Source: Zootoca vivipara (taxonomy: Eukaryota). From it: a DNA stretch of 64,000 bases. A program made the position numbers and the translations under genes. The stretch's first letter is position 1. The number at the start of each line of letters is the position of its first letter. Of the stretch, positions 10,737 through 24,865 are shown piece after piece. The stretch spans positions 32,736,001 through 32,800,000 of the forward strand of contig NC_083286.1 in assembly GCF_963506605.1 (NCBI RefSeq), read 5' to 3'. A model generated the notes under the pieces. The model did no database searches. It saw only the letters and a list, made by a program, of their open reading frames with translations, and had not been told where the DNA came from.

Positions 10737-12878
10737 CTGGAAAAAAATAATAATTGTAATATATGTATCTCCACATACACACACAAAATGCAGATAATTC
10801 AAAAGCAAAAACAGAAAACACAGAGAAAATTCTATTTCTTTTAAAAGATGCCACAACAACATCTGGGATTTCTGTGTATGTGGTTGGGTGTGTGTGTGAT
10901 GGAACATGGCCCAACCCTGGTGAGTGTTTTGTAGCAGTCTTGTCCACGTAGCAGAATAACTGCCCTCTTCAGAGTCCTCACCATGCAATATTGATTGCTT
11001 ACTCTTGTATCCTGCATAGTTGCTGAGGTTTTATAACAGAATGAAGTTACAGTATTGAAAAGAAACATATGATCTTTGCCCAAGTATTTGTTTTTGACAA
11101 ATGAGAGACTATTTTGATGCTTTTTCAATAAGTATCATTATCTTGGCATTTATCAGGTGTCAGGAGGCCATTATCCTGTGATAAATAGTTTTATTCCACT
11201 GACATTTTCATGTCCGTGAAATAAACAAGATTTATTCATCCAATTAACATTTGAATGTCATGTTTAGAAACAATCCGAAATCCTGTTGCCATCAGATTCA
11301 GTTTTATCTTATTTTTGTTGAGCACACTCAAAATGGAGGACAAACTTCTCTGTTGATACCAGTAGTAACTTCAATGTGGGAAAATAAAACAGGGAGCAAG
11401 CAAAGTCAACAATATCTATGTAGGGAAATAGGATTTTATTGCATTAAGTGATAAAATGATACACAAGCCACAACTACTAATGCGATGGCTAGAGCATGCC
11501 CTAAGTTACCACACATTTAGGAAATGCAATTGAAAAGGTTCCTGGTGATCTCCTTTGTGTGGTTTTTAGTACTGGAGAGCACACAAAGAGCAAGCAGATT
11601 CCTGCTGTGGAATTCCCCTCCTCCATATGTCTGCTGCTAGTGGTTATGTTCTGGATGCTATGTAAGGATTTTTTGCTTAGATAAGTATGGCAATCTCTTA
11701 TTACTATATTAATTTGTCAACACATAATTTAAATTTATATTTGAATTGCTATTCTTACAAATGTTCACTGTTTAATCACCGTAAAGAGGGTAAGAGAGTA
11801 AAAAACCTTATAGATATAACCACACATAACTACATAAAATAATCTGTGCTGTAATATACATACCTGACCATGTGTTAAATTCAATTTGTTGGTCCTCAGA
11901 AACCACAAACTGCACTTTATGTTGTTTCCTCTAATCCCATAATAATATCTAGATCAGAAGGTCTTACTCTACTAGGCTGAGACCCACACCTGGATTGCTG
12001 TGTTGGACCTAAAATGGGTCAAACCAGCAACACTACCATGATACAAATAAATAGTAAAAAGAAAAAAGAAAAAATCTATCAATATAAAAGCAAAAATTTC
12101 AGGCTTCTGAATTCTCGCTAAGAATTAAACTTCATTTAGGTTTTTAATTTATAAAGAATAGTGTGGATCTGGAGTGAGTTTTGCCTCTTTCAGAGATGAA
12201 AGCTTTATCACTTAGCATTTCACAGAGATATGATTGCACCTAATGAAGTTGTTATAAAATAATGTTCCCATTGACTATTACTCTTCCTCAATTGTCATAC
12301 AGAGGCAAATGTTCCAGCAACAATAGTTTTGAAGATTATGAATCCTCACGTGGTATGTTTTCCATGTTGGAAATTTAGACAAGATATTTACATACACTTC
12401 TATTTTGATGCATATACATGAGCTGAAGAGTCACAAAAATGGACAGGTACAGGGAAGTCTACACAGAAAGCTCATCTTATGCCAAATGAACTTAGGATGA
12501 AATACTATGCATGTCGCCCTGCTAAACATGCTTCCTTGTTAAAACTAGGATTGCCTATTGATACACTACTAGTATCACATTTCTAATTTATCTGTTGTCA
12601 GCAGCTAAGCCGATACACTTCACCAGAAATTGCTCATAGGACATTGCTGCCAGAAAATCACAACCATACAGATGATGCAACATGAATCATGCAACTAGGA
12701 GCAGCATTATGTATGGAAGTGGTAAAAATACAACCAAGAGAAAAATAATGTATTGTTTTCTCTCTAGCATAGACACATTCCAAAACGTTTAAAATTTTAA
12801 ATAATATGTTTTCTGCTGTTTTTATTTTTTATTTTTAAATTAATGATAGAAGTATATGTTTTGGAAATGCTCCAAAAC

Positions 12879-12903
12879 GTGTGTGTGTGTGTGTGTGTGT
12901 GTG
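12879..12903. repeat. (GT)n microsatellite
   Basis: Direct reading. Confidence 0.95.
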
Positions 12904-13019
12904 TTTATATACACTAACAACACAATCCGAAACCTGGCTTTTGCAATGTCACACACCACAATTTTATACTAATGACTCAAATATGATACACCAGCATACA
13001 TAGGATCGGGGTGTAAGTA

Positions 13020-13760
13020 AATAATATTTCCTGATGCAGGTGGAACAGAAAGAGAAATCTGGGTGTCACCTGCATATTGGTGACAGCTCACTCCCAATTT
13101 CCTGATGACAGCTTCCAGCAGCTTCCAACAAGTACTAATTTGGGGGGGGGGGCACAACATAGAACTCTGTGGGACAACAGAGGACTTCAATGGCACTGAA
13201 CAAGAGTCCTTCATAACTACTTTCTGGGAATGGCCTCAAAGGTGCTAGTGGAACTATCATAACTTGGTAACTCTAACCACCACCTCTCAGAGCCGTGTTC
13301 CAGAAGGATACTGTGGTCAACAGTACTGAAGTCACCAACAGGTTAAAGAGAACGAGCAGGGTCACACTCCTCCATCTCTCTCCTAGCAAATATCATCAAC
13401 CAGGGCAATCAACACAATTTCAGTATCATGACTGGGTCGGAGTTTGAACTGAAATGGGTCTAGTTAATCAGTTTCCTCCAAGCACGCCTGAAGCTGGACA
13501 GCCATCGCCCTCTTAACTAAATTGGCCCAAAATGGGATATTTGCCACTCAGGGATATTTTTAATTATTTTTGGATCCAGGGAGGTCCTTTTAAGTATTAC
13601 AATAATAAAAACTGATCTACAGATAGAACAGTCAGTGTTTTGGGTGCCTCTGTAGGACTTGCTCTAATCATGGTGTCCAGTTCTGTCCGAATCTATCTCT
13701 AAAGTGCCTTGCAAAATTGTAACAAATAATGGTTGACCCTGATCCCAGTCAGGCAATGTC
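13020..13760 (-). mobile_element. Degenerate L2-clade LINE RT fragment
   Basis: VPQSSMLCP...VSCHQYAGDTQ corresponds to a decayed GVPQGS / YADDTQ RT motif pair. Confidence 0.75.
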
Positions 13761-15703
13761 TGCAAGGAAACAATCTGCACAACTCACTCTGCTGATATGT
13801 GATGTGGTGTGGGTGTGTGTAGCACATGTGTGTATTTGTGCCCCACCTAACGGTGCTCAAGGCAGAATTTTTGCCCATGGTAAAGCAGCTCCAATACCAC
13901 TGCTGCTACATATAAAGGACACCTAAGATCGGTTGGAAAGATCTGTTAAATTGGGATATGCTACACTATTTACCGTAGGTCAGAAGGGGGCTGCTAAAAA
14001 GATGTAAGGAGGCCCTAGTTTATTGTAGAAATCCTCCAAAAGTCATTATTTTCTATTGTGAAAAACTCCCAAGAAGAGTGCTAAAATGTATAATTATACT
14101 TGCAGGAACAATTAAAACTCTGTACTGCAAGGGGAGCTGTTGGCACACAATACAAAGATTGTGCATTAGATCATCCATCAGTTTCTGTAATATCCACTTC
14201 CAGCTATAAGGAGTCATGTTTCAACACCTCCGATTCCCTGATGCTGACAAGCTAAACAACTTGTTTTGTCTCTGGGAGCTCTTCTCTGGTGATTAACTGC
14301 TTATAGTGAATACTAATTATGTGAAAATACAGTACTGTTTTAAAAAAAAAGGTGGGGGGAAGAACTGCCCTACTTCCTTTACCTGCAGCATCACCGTTCC
14401 CAAATTCCCCACTTGCTTCTAAGAGGTATATACTATTGTTCCATCTAATACAAATATGATGACATTTTATCCCACTACAAATAAATTAATGTGCCTACTG
14501 TATATCTTTTGAAAACACTAAGTGACTTGGGCAGCAAGATTTTCTTTATCCTGCCATTTGCAGACAAGTTAAACACCAGTGTATTGCTACTTCGTTAAAT
14601 GTTTGCAATAACCACAAGTACGTATATAATTGCAGTGTGGTATGTGTGAATTAGGGAACTATTACTAGGAATGGAGCCTGATATATGTCCCCAATTCCCT
14701 ACATCCTAACTTGAAAATATACCCTGAATTGTCATTTGTGTGAAAATGAACCTCAGATTAAAATCCCTTTTACCGGAGGAGTCAGAGAATTTGTTCTTCC
14801 ATTTTACATCCAAAGAGCTGGTTAAAATGCTAACATGGCAAAATTAAAAGCCATTAAACAATATAAGGCAGCGAGTGATTAAATCTACCAAACACATTCA
14901 AAGCAGCTTAAGCTACTTTTTAATTAAAAAGAAAAAGATATCACTAGCAACATTCAGATGTGTTCATCTAGATAAAGCTAACAGATCATTCCAAACACAA
15001 AAGCTACTGATACTGCTATACAGGAGGCTAAGTTTAGAAAATGACCTCAGGATCCCAACTCCCTGGCCTCAGGTACAGACTCCTTGGGCAGAGCAGAGTA
15101 GCATATAGACACTGCTACAAGTATAATCACTCTATGCCTGCTAATTAAGTAAGCATTACTAACAGTGGCCTTGGAGGAGGCAGTGTTCCACCTTCCTGAC
15201 AAAATAAGGGAAGCAACAGTGGGGCATTGGTTGCAACACAGATTGAAAAGAAAATACCAAAAGCAATGTATGCCAGTGAAAATACATAAAGCTAACTTTT
15301 GGCACAAAGAGCTTTAAAACTATTATTGTAATTGTTGAAACATGATAAAGTAAGTGGTGTTCTCTATTTAATCATTCTCAGCCAGAATACATTATTAATT
15401 TAAAATGAAAATTCTGGGTAAGTACATATTCAAGGGCATATTTTCAGAAGTCGGCCCCAGGTATTCCATTTCTAAGTCTGACACAGTAGATTTTTCTATA
15501 TATATATTTTAAAGAAATTGCCAGCAGGTTTAGTTAACCATAGGCTTGCTGCCAGGACTCTTAAGATCAAACTTATTCAGGCTGAGATGATATCATCTGC
15601 CCCAGGATACTGATATTTACAGAATCTGAAAGATATACAACAGCAACCACCATACGCTAATATTTTTCTTTTTTATAATTGTTTCATGAAGAGGACATCT
15701 TAC

Positions 15704-15830
15704 CTAAAAAACATGCCCTAAAATAAAGTACAGGAGCTTGATAGCTGCAGGAGTACAAAACATGATATTCATAGCGAATCACCTCAGATGCTGCAGAGTT
15801 TCCAGCCACTTGAGAGTCATCTAGACATTC
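15704..15830 (-). CDS. ATG10: ATG10 (ubiquitin-like-conjugating enzyme) internal coding exon, 127 bp
   Basis: Minus strand reads tttgtttcag|GAATGT...TTTTTAG|gtaag. It translates to ECLDDSQVAGNSAASEVIRYEYHVLYSCSYQAPVLYFRACFL plus 1 nt, matching the recalled ATG10 motif EYHVLYSCSYQVPVLYF. The leftover G joins AT of the next exon to give Asp. Confidence 0.95.
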
Positions 15831-16239
15831 CTGAAACAAACATTAACAGTGGACATAACCAAAGAGAATGGGAATGAAATACTAATGAATAAATACCTTA
15901 AATACTCATAAATGCTATCACCATGCTGTCACCTCCCTTATCATAAGATTATAATTTTAGCAATCACTTCACATTCTTCAGGCTGTCTTCCTTTTTTGTT
16001 TTATTTTTAAAACTTTCATTAAACTATCTTTATCTCTTTACTTGTTGACTTATTAATTAAAATAGGATATTTTTTAATGAGAGAAAGGTTTCTTAATGGT
16101 ATCATAGGCAGGTTCCTGGAGAAAACTTGTAAAACTTACTCTGCCCTTCAGAACTCAACTATGGAAAGGGCATGTATGAATTGAGCAGGTCACTTCCAAA
16201 TTAATAATTTGCATTTGTTAAACACATTCAAGCATCCAA

Positions 16240-16438
16240 AGTGCTTCATGTGCATTATCTAACTGTATCCCTTACTACAAACCTGTAGGAGAAATTCAGT
16301 TTTATTATCTCCCAGAATGCAGAGAGGACGACTGAAGCTAAGACAGAACGGCTTGCCTAAGACTCGTACCAGAGCTGAGATTTAAACATGGGACTTCCTG
16401 ATTCAAAGTTCAGTCTCTTCGCCATGATACTACACCAA
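16240..16438 (-). mobile_element. Ancient MIR/CORE-type SINE remnant
   Basis: Core-like ttttattatctcccag...gactgaagctaagacag followed by a reverse B-box-like gagatttaaacatggg. Confidence 0.55.
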
Positions 16439-16862
16439 TTCCCTATTATGTCTGTTTCACCTATGTTCTTTCTAACCCAAGAAAGGATGATCGATGTACT
16501 TTACTGTAGCCACTTGCAGATGGCAGGGAGGGTGCCAGCACTAACCTCCCCAGTTGCCTATGCCACTGCTGCATATTGGGATGGAGAGGAACAGGTGGTG
16601 GTAAGGTCTGTGCAGTGCAGTGCAAATGCACCAGCAGAGGGAACTGTTATATAAATATATCCTGGGTCAATTCACGCAGGCAAACCCACACAGAAATCAA
16701 CACATGTTGAAGCAATTGTACGATTTTTATGAGGCTTCTAGCTTGCCCCATGTTTTGCTACTAAACCTGGTTTAAGCAACTTCGCGGTGGCATGGTGAAT
16801 TAGGATGGGTAGATGGACAAGTTATTATCAAACAGTTTTACCACTTTCTATATTCTATATTT

Positions 16863-17046
16863 CCCTGATGCTGGGAAAGATTGAGGGCACAAGGAGAAGG
16901 GGGCGACAGAGGACGAGATGGTTGGACAGTGTACTCGAAGCTACCAACATGAGTTTGATCAAACTGCGGGAGGCAGTGGAAGACAGGAGTGCCTGGCGTG
17001 CGCTGGTCCATGGAGTCACGAAGAGTCGGACACGACTAAACAACAA
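16863..17046 (+). mobile_element. 5'-truncated BovB (RTE) LINE 3' end
   Basis: Encodes LMLGKIEGTRRRGRQRTRWLD, ends in the tail gtcacgaagagtcggacacgactaaacaacaa, and has a 6-bp TSD atattt. Confidence 0.9.
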
Positions 17047-20000
17047 ATATTTTGCATGGATACATTCCACCTATTTTGTCAACATACCAATTTAGTTCTG
17101 TGAAATGTTACGGTTATAGATGATCTTCCAATCAATTTGAATAGTAGAATGACCTCAGATAATTTCCTATATACCGTAATTCAATTTATGTGGAACAAAT
17201 GCCAATGTCAAGACTGAAAGAGATAGTAGGCTTGATGCTTTAAAAAAATTATTAAAGTAAGATCATGTACTTCAATGTCATGCAAAAATAAAGAAAAGCA
17301 ACACAACTGAAAGAAAATGAAATTTAACATCCCCCATCCCCCAAAAATAAAAATAAATGTGGGTTGTTTAATTCACAATCTGGGAGGAGTATTGGTGTGA
17401 TAACCTTTTTTTAAAAAAAATGTTGTATTTATAAATAGCAAAATATTGTGCTCAAGGTATGATATTCTCACAAAGCTGAAAAGATACTAAAAATTCCAAA
17501 TATTAGCATATTTCACAGAAGGCATTTGAGCACTGCTATCATCGTTCATATATAAAATAAACAGCTTGGTGCAATTTTTGAAGTGAAGAAATATCCACAT
17601 AATCCCTCCAATTCTGTTCTTGCTACAATATTGCACAACTGATTATTATTATATATTTTTGTTAGTTTATAAACCTTTGCAACCATGTTATTGAAAACAG
17701 AGCTCTTAAACTGAGTAAAACGAGAGCATTACTGAAGAAGGAGTAAATAATATGGTGAAATATCTAAGCTACAAGGTAGGTGGAGCCTAATGCAGAGGTG
17801 TTTATTAAACCCTCCCAAAAGATCACAATTAACAAATTAATTTACTGGCAAATACTGGTGTTCAAAGGCTTTTGAAATGAGGCCATTAACTTCTTCTCTC
17901 TTTTCTTTTTAAAAAACATGCTTCATGGAGTGAACTAAAAGGAAATAATGGAACATATTTGTCAAGATAACACAACTGATGCATTCACAGTATAAAGGCA
18001 ACACGCCTGCCAGAAAAACGTGCATATGTGCGCACAAGCTGAGTAATGGCATGCTTCCAAACTCATGCCTTATACAGCCATAGAATTTGTAGGTGCACTT
18101 GGTGATAACCAGCTGTGAGTTCAAAATTCACTACACTGATTTTTCTGGGTGAAGTACTGAATGGCTGAATGGCTGAAAAAACAGCTTCCCTAAGAACACA
18201 GTTGGGGGTATCATATGCCTCTCAGGTTGTTAATGAACTTTAATTCTTCCTCCTACATTAGAAAAATGCCAGAACGGATCCTGTTAAAGATGGTAGACTT
18301 GTGTTAAACTTGACTAAACACGTAACATTATGTTCCAACTTAGTATTAGCCAACAGCCTGATCTTATTCAGAAAATAAAACCAGTATATTATTTAAAATA
18401 GTCAAGATAATTACTTGAAAAACAGAACAGCAGTATTTTCTAGAAAGATGCTGAAGCATTTTTTAAAAAGATAAAAACCTGTTCAATAGGCAACTATAAC
18501 ACAACATGCCTTTTTATAGAGAAAACATACATGGTTTTTACTAGATATTCAGAACTCTCATTTTTGCCTGCCTTGTTTCTAGAGACATGATGACTCGCTA
18601 TATCTGTGATCTATAAACATACAAGGACTTCTGAATCCTTCTTAAGGCCAGCTCTAAACCCTTTTTATTTGGTAAACAGTAGAAACAGGATGCATGACAT
18701 AAAGGCTTGAGTACTCATGTGTAATATTTTTCTCTGTACTTCCAATAGGGTGGATGAAAAGAATTTACCAAGGGGAAGTCAACTTTGGTCTCTGCAAATG
18801 TTGATAGCATCATTTTCTGAAGCTGAGCCATGTTCTAACTGAAGTTCATTTTAAGTCGCCTTAATACACCCTTTACAGTATTTGATGCTCCCTGTGAATG
18901 AAAAGACCACAAAATCTGAGAGATTATTCTATGTTTAGTATTATGTGCAAAGGAAAATAAATTGTGTTTTTAAAACAAATTATCCTAGCTTTAGCTATGA
19001 TTAGCAATTACATTAAGTAGTAATGAAACAAGGAATTTTTTTGATCATCACTAAGGAATGTATAATACACCATAGGATACATTTCTTTGGACATGATTCT
19101 GCCTCATGTCCTAAAAGCAAGGTATAAAGAGGCCCTATATGGTAATTTACAATAGCCCTTCCTTTTTCATTCCATGCTGGCACATCACAGCTGTGCCAGG
19201 TGCACATAAAAGTGACCAACTGGCTATGGTAAACCAAGTCCCTCCCACACCATGCCTTCAGGTATATATACCAGCTAGTTGTTGCTTTTTAGTCTCTGTG
19301 CAGACTACTTGGAGCAGGAGTGATAGTCCACAATTACAAAACATTCCTATGAGGAACCCCTCTGTCCTCTTCACCAATGCTGACACAGCAGGATATTTTA
19401 ATTTTGAAAGACAATGCAATCTGTTTTTATTGTTAATAGTGCATTGTTCAATTCAACTCAAGGTGTTTAATTCAACCAAGTCAGCCTTAGGGCAGATCCA
19501 ATGAAACCAATAGGCTTGACTAACTTAAGTCCACTGAGATGACAAAGTTGGGTTCAATAAGCAAGTTCTGTTTGACAATTCCAAACAGCATGGGAAGCCT
19601 TCCTCAGCAGAAGAAGCTCTCCACTTCAGACTTTTGCCCTCCATGATTGGGGAGGGGGTGGCTACAGGAACGGTAGATCTTAGGAGATTTATTCCTGTTC
19701 TCACTTTTTTAGGTACAGATTTTACACACAAGCAGAATGCCCAAATAGGGCCACAGACAGACATGCACCACAAGCAGACAAGCAATTTTATCCTCAGCAT
19801 GCAGTTTATTCTGAAATTATTTTAACAGATATTTAGTCTTAGGATTTACTGCTGCAGATTTTTAAAAGGTCATTTTATTATATATGTGCATTGGTTTATT
19901 ATGCTGTTATAGTTTTTGTGCTGCTCCTATAATTCTTTTAGATGCACTAGTGTGTTTTAGAGTATGGGTGACATCCACCACCATGCGAATCAACTTCCAC

Positions 20001-21194
20001 TTGCACAATGGAACTTCTCCTTCCCCATCTTCTGGAGCAATTTCTGGAGACTTGTGATGAGTTACCGAGGAGGAAAGGAAAGGAAAACTCTATTGTGCAA
20101 GTGAAGTGTGTTAGGCAACTGGGTGGGCATAACTGGAGGTCACCTTAATTTTTGATAATTTTATGGTTTGTTTTTAAATGGTATTTAATATTGTGTGCTG
20201 CCTTCAAAAGGGTACCCCTGAAAGGCAGTCTAAAATATTGAAACTGAAATAGTACAAATAAATGGATGTGTCATAACAAACAATTAACTACTCTAATAAA
20301 TGCAACTGAAACAATGCAGTACAAAAAAAATAGTTCTATTACTGCTCAATTCATTTTGCATTATGCTGCTTGCATTAATGTAACTTCCACTGTTTTTGAC
20401 TGGTTTTATGAAGGCAGAATTAAAGTCTATCATCAAAAGATTTGTTTATAGAATGATGAGTAGAAAGTTATCATATTCAACTGTTTCAAAACAGGATTTA
20501 ACTTATTTTAATTCAACAGGAACTAATATTTTCTAGAAAAAAAGCACACAATCACTTGATTTCCCCCACTTATTTTCTTCTCCATGGTAATTTTACTTGC
20601 ATGGCTGCCACACTGCATAGGAAAACTGAATCTGGAGCTGACTGTTTCCTAAACAAATTGGGAAGTTGTCATCAGGAAGCATCTGTTATTTTATTACACT
20701 CACGTAAATGCATTTTTGTGCTATCATAATGGAATACTGAGCAGATGCTTTAAAGCACTATACCTAGTGCAATAAATGCTTAATAATAAAAAGACAAGTA
20801 GTTGCCATCTAATTAATGATACAAGTTGCTTTACAAATGCATTCTCACCAGCAAAATTTGTCAACCTTCGGGTGGTTTTTTTTTTTTTTAAGTATTATGT
20901 CTGCTTCCAAAATGTATCAGTTCTGTTCCCTTTAAAGCTATATTAGAATTGTTTGGGGGTTTTTTTTGAGAGAAAAGTTAATACAACATATACATTTCTC
21001 TTTTTGCAAACAAAGGATTTTTGTCTTCTCAAAAAGTTCTTCTAACAAGACCCTTCACACAAAGTTCAACTGTTAGCAGAAGTCATTAATTTGACTTTGA
21101 CATTGACTGGTCCAGGTCAAGGCAGAACACAAAGACTACTCTTGAGGAAGAGGTAGGCCGACAGGAGCTGTGGTCAAACAAGGAAGGCAACTGT

Positions 21195-21195
21195 A

Positions 21196-21240
<45 letters not shown>

Positions 21241-21587
21241 AATAATAATTTATTATTTATACCCCGCCCATCTGATCGGGTTCCCCCAGCCACTCTGGGC
21301 GGCCTCCAACAAAACATTAAAATGCAGAAATCCATCAAACATTAAAAGCTTCCCTAAACAGGGCTGCCTTGAGATGCTTTCTAAAGGTCTGGTAATTGTT
21401 ATTCTCTTTGACCTCTGGTGGGAGGGCATTCCACAGGGTGGGTGCCACTACCGAGAAGGCCCTCTGCCTGGTTTCCTGTAACTTGGCTTCTCGTAGTGAG
21501 GGAACCGACAGAAGGCCCTCGGCGCTAGACCTCAAGTGTCCGGGCAGAAAGATGGGGGAGGAGACGCTCCTTCAGGTATACTGGACC
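21195..21587 (-). mobile_element. L2-type LINE 3' end with (TAA)n tail
   Basis: Encodes RAFSVVAPTLWNALP...FRKHLKAALF. Its 3' UTR matches the element at 32240-33318. The (TTA)n array is at ~21195-21250. Confidence 0.9.
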
Positions 21588-23784
21588 ATATACTGGACAA
21601 AAAGTTTTCTTCCCCATCCTAAAATATCACACAAAGCTTGGTCCAGATCCTTTCTGAAGTGAGAGTCTCCAGCATTGCAGATCCAGCTTGTATGCATTTT
21701 AACAGTATGAAAAAGTGATAGTGGAATAGGGTGATATGACATGGATGTATTTGCAAGACTGCAGTTCTTCCTACACCTCTTCAACAAACTCCCTTGCTCT
21801 CCTACTGCTAACTGTAACTCCATTCAAAATTCATATTGCAGAGTCAGGTCTTGATCCCATCAACAAGAAGTCAGGAGAAGCACAAAGTTTCTAGTATGAT
21901 TAGCTGAAAATCTATTGGATCTGAGAGATGTAAAAAAAGTAAATGCAAACCATTTAGTGCTAATAGGGAACACTAAAGTAGCACTAGTCTATTATGTTTT
22001 AGTAACATAAATACTGGATCCCTAAACTCCAAATTCCTTAATGTGGGGTATGGTGCAATCCCCATGCAATAAATAATTGTTTAGGAAAGTCTCAGGAAGA
22101 AGATGCATCCAGAAAACAGGCTGTATGCTTTTATTTTAGGTTTCCTACTCTGGAGAGCACAAATCAGTAATATTGTGTTACCAACAATGACTTCCCACAA
22201 GGCTTTGCATATTTTAAACTTCTGTGTGAAATATTACCCTTTTTACACCCCAAATTATACAATTACAAAGGTACGCTTCACCTTGGGCAAATGGAGTACC
22301 AGATCAAATGAACATGGAAGACTACATCAGTACAAAGTTAAACAAATAAAGAACTGAAATTAGTTTAATGTAAGGGTGCTGCTGGGGCTTGTCTGCTTGG
22401 TTTGATTTTATCTCTACCATTTGTTTCCACCTCCCAGGTGTTCCTTATTAATCCTGAATTCACCCTTGTTGCTTGCAGTCCCCACGAGTCTAATATATTC
22501 AAGCTTACTTTGGCTTTTTGGCATAACTTACTGAGTTGTGTCTAATCCTCCCCTATGGAATCCAGCAGTTAAACATATGTGGTCAATTACGTATAATTTT
22601 CTAGGATCAGACCACCTCACAATACTACCTACCCCCAACACATATGGCTGTCAAAAGACATGGAGAATGGCATTGGGAGAACAGCAATTCTTGGCACATG
22701 AACAGTGTTTCCTTCAGACTGAATAACCACTAGACCACATAGGCCAGGAAAGCAATGACGATTATAGTTCAGTTTCAGCTCCAAAACATGAAATCATGAG
22801 ACTGGAAGGAACTCAAAGCCCCAAATCATACTTTAAGGCAGGATCTTCTACCAGATATTAATCCACATCCAGACCGCATACCACATTACAGCATGCCACA
22901 AACACAGAGCGGGAATGAAAAACCCTGCAGGCAAGGAATAGTTTGGTAAAACAAATCCAAATGGCTCAAGCAAATAAGGTAAACATGCTATAAGGAAAGA
23001 CAACGCCTTACCCCAAATTGACATCAGAGAAAATTCTCTCTCAACACCAAATAATGCTTAAAATTATTTGAGAAGTGGAAACAGAGCTCCATAATAGGGG
23101 GGGGGACCCTTCCTGCACAAAAAAAGAAATATGGAATGTTGAAAGCCTGACATTTCCAAAATCCTCAAGCTTCCTGTAAAAGCTTCTATTTTTCTTTTGA
23201 CAAAGAAATAAGACTGGATCTTAAATTTCTATGTATTCCTATGGCAATAAGTGGAAAGAAGCAATGAAGCTTTGTATTAATTACAAACATGAGCATCTGC
23301 ATGAATTCACCATAATCGTCTTTCTACAATTTAACAGCTTTATGGGAAATCCTAACCAAATTCTGGATAATATTATGGTAAGCACCAATCCCACCCCCTC
23401 CACATTAAAAAAATAAAATAAAATGTTTCACTGACAACTTATAGATGATCCAGTGAAAGGAATGCTTTGCCTTAAATAAAGTTTTAAACATCAATGTTTT
23501 GCAGAAACAATTGGCTGTGGTTAATTTCTGTGGCAAATGCAATTTCAACAAAATATTTCTTTCAGAATAGCTTGCAACTTTACCAAGCATAAAGTCAGGG
23601 TGGGGACACAGAGGGAACTTATGTTCTCTCCAGCAAGTTCCAGGGCAGGTCTGGCATATTCTTTGAGGTTCAGTTGGTTGCTACGCAGAAGACAAAAGCT
23701 TTAGTGTTTTAAGGGAGCTATACAGAATCTTTATTGTAGGAAAATGAATTTCACTTAATGTTACATTTGTACAGTACTACAAAT

Positions 23785-24356
23785 CTATGGTGCAACAGCA
23801 TTTGAAACACTGTGTACCATTCTGTTCACCTCACCTCGAAAAGGATACTGTAGAGTTGGAAAAGGTTCAGAAAAGGGCAACCGATATGATCAAGGGGGTG
23901 GAGTGTCTTCCCTATGAAGAAAGGTTGCAGTGTTTGGGACTTTTTAGTTTAGAGAAAAGGCACGTAAGGGGTGACCTTCCTCTCTCCTAACACTAGAACT
24001 CATGGACATCCAATGAAGCTGAATGTTGACATATTCAGGACAGATTTAAACAAAGTACTTCTTCATGCAGCACATAGTTAAATTATGGAACTTGTTCCCA
24101 CAGGAGACAGTGATGGCCACCAATTTGGATGGCTTTAGAAGAGAATTGGACAAATTCATGGAAGATAAGGGCTCCTAGCCATAATGGCTATGATCTTCCT
24201 CCATGGTCGGAGGCAGTATGTGGCTGGAAGCCACAGGAGGGGCAAGTGCTCTTAAGCTTGGGTCCAGCTTCCTGGCACCTGGTTGGCCAGTGTGAGAACA
24301 GGATGCTGCGCAAGATGGGGCATTGGCCTGACCTAGTAGGCTCTTCTTATGTTCTT
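23785..24356 (+). mobile_element. CR1 LINE 3' fragment with internal deletion
   Basis: Encodes ELEKVQKRATDMIKGVECLPYEERLQCLGLFSLEKR..RGD and ends in a ttcttatgttctta tail. Confidence 0.85.
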
Positions 24357-24435
24357 ACTGTCTCTGATCCTACTGCAACAACATCTTCAGGATAAGCCTG
24401 TTTGCCCGCATTCACAAAAAAAGTGTATGGCTGTA

Positions 24436-24685
24436 CAGTGGTACCTCGGTTTAAGGACGAAATTGGTTCCGGGGAGCCATTCACTCCCTGAGCAGTACTT
24501 AAACGGAGCAGCGATAGTGCATGTGTGCAAAGTGCCGCTAGAGCACTTCTGCGCATGCGCGCGCCGCACCAATCGCTTCTGCGCATGGACATGCTGCGGA
24601 ACCCGGAAGCAAAGACTTCTGGGTCTGTGGAGTACTCACACCAAGAGTATTCAAACCGCAGCGGACTTAAACCGAGGTATGACTA
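24436..24685. mobile_element. Tc1/mariner (Tigger-like) MITE
   Basis: TA|cagtggtacctcggtttaa ... ttaaaccgaggtatgacta|TA. Confidence 0.8.
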
Positions 24686-24709
24686 TAATGTACCATGGTT
24701 TAGTGCAAT

Positions 24710-24865
24710 GTTTTTGTTTTGGTATGAGCTTTCGTGTGCATCTGATGAAGTGTGCATGCACACGAAAGCTCATACCAAAATAACAACTTAGTTGGTCTTC
24801 AAGGTGCTACTGAAGGAATTTTTTCTATTTTGTTTGCACTATTATGTCAGTCCTCTATCCAACCA
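24710..24865 (+). repeat. Exact 156-bp copy of 25785-25940
   Basis: Identical base for base by eye, at an offset of 1075. Confidence 0.95.
24738..24775 (+). ncRNA. Minimal type-I hammerhead ribozyme motif (Penelope type), duplicated copy
   Basis: CTGATGA-A-GTGTGCATGCACAC-GAAA-GC-TC-ATAC. Stem I is imperfect. Confidence 0.6.

Noticed and set aside
10498-10947. 149-aa ORF as a standalone gene
   Set aside because: Only 10639-10736 resembles ATG10 and it is bounded by AG/GT. The rest is intronic read-through.
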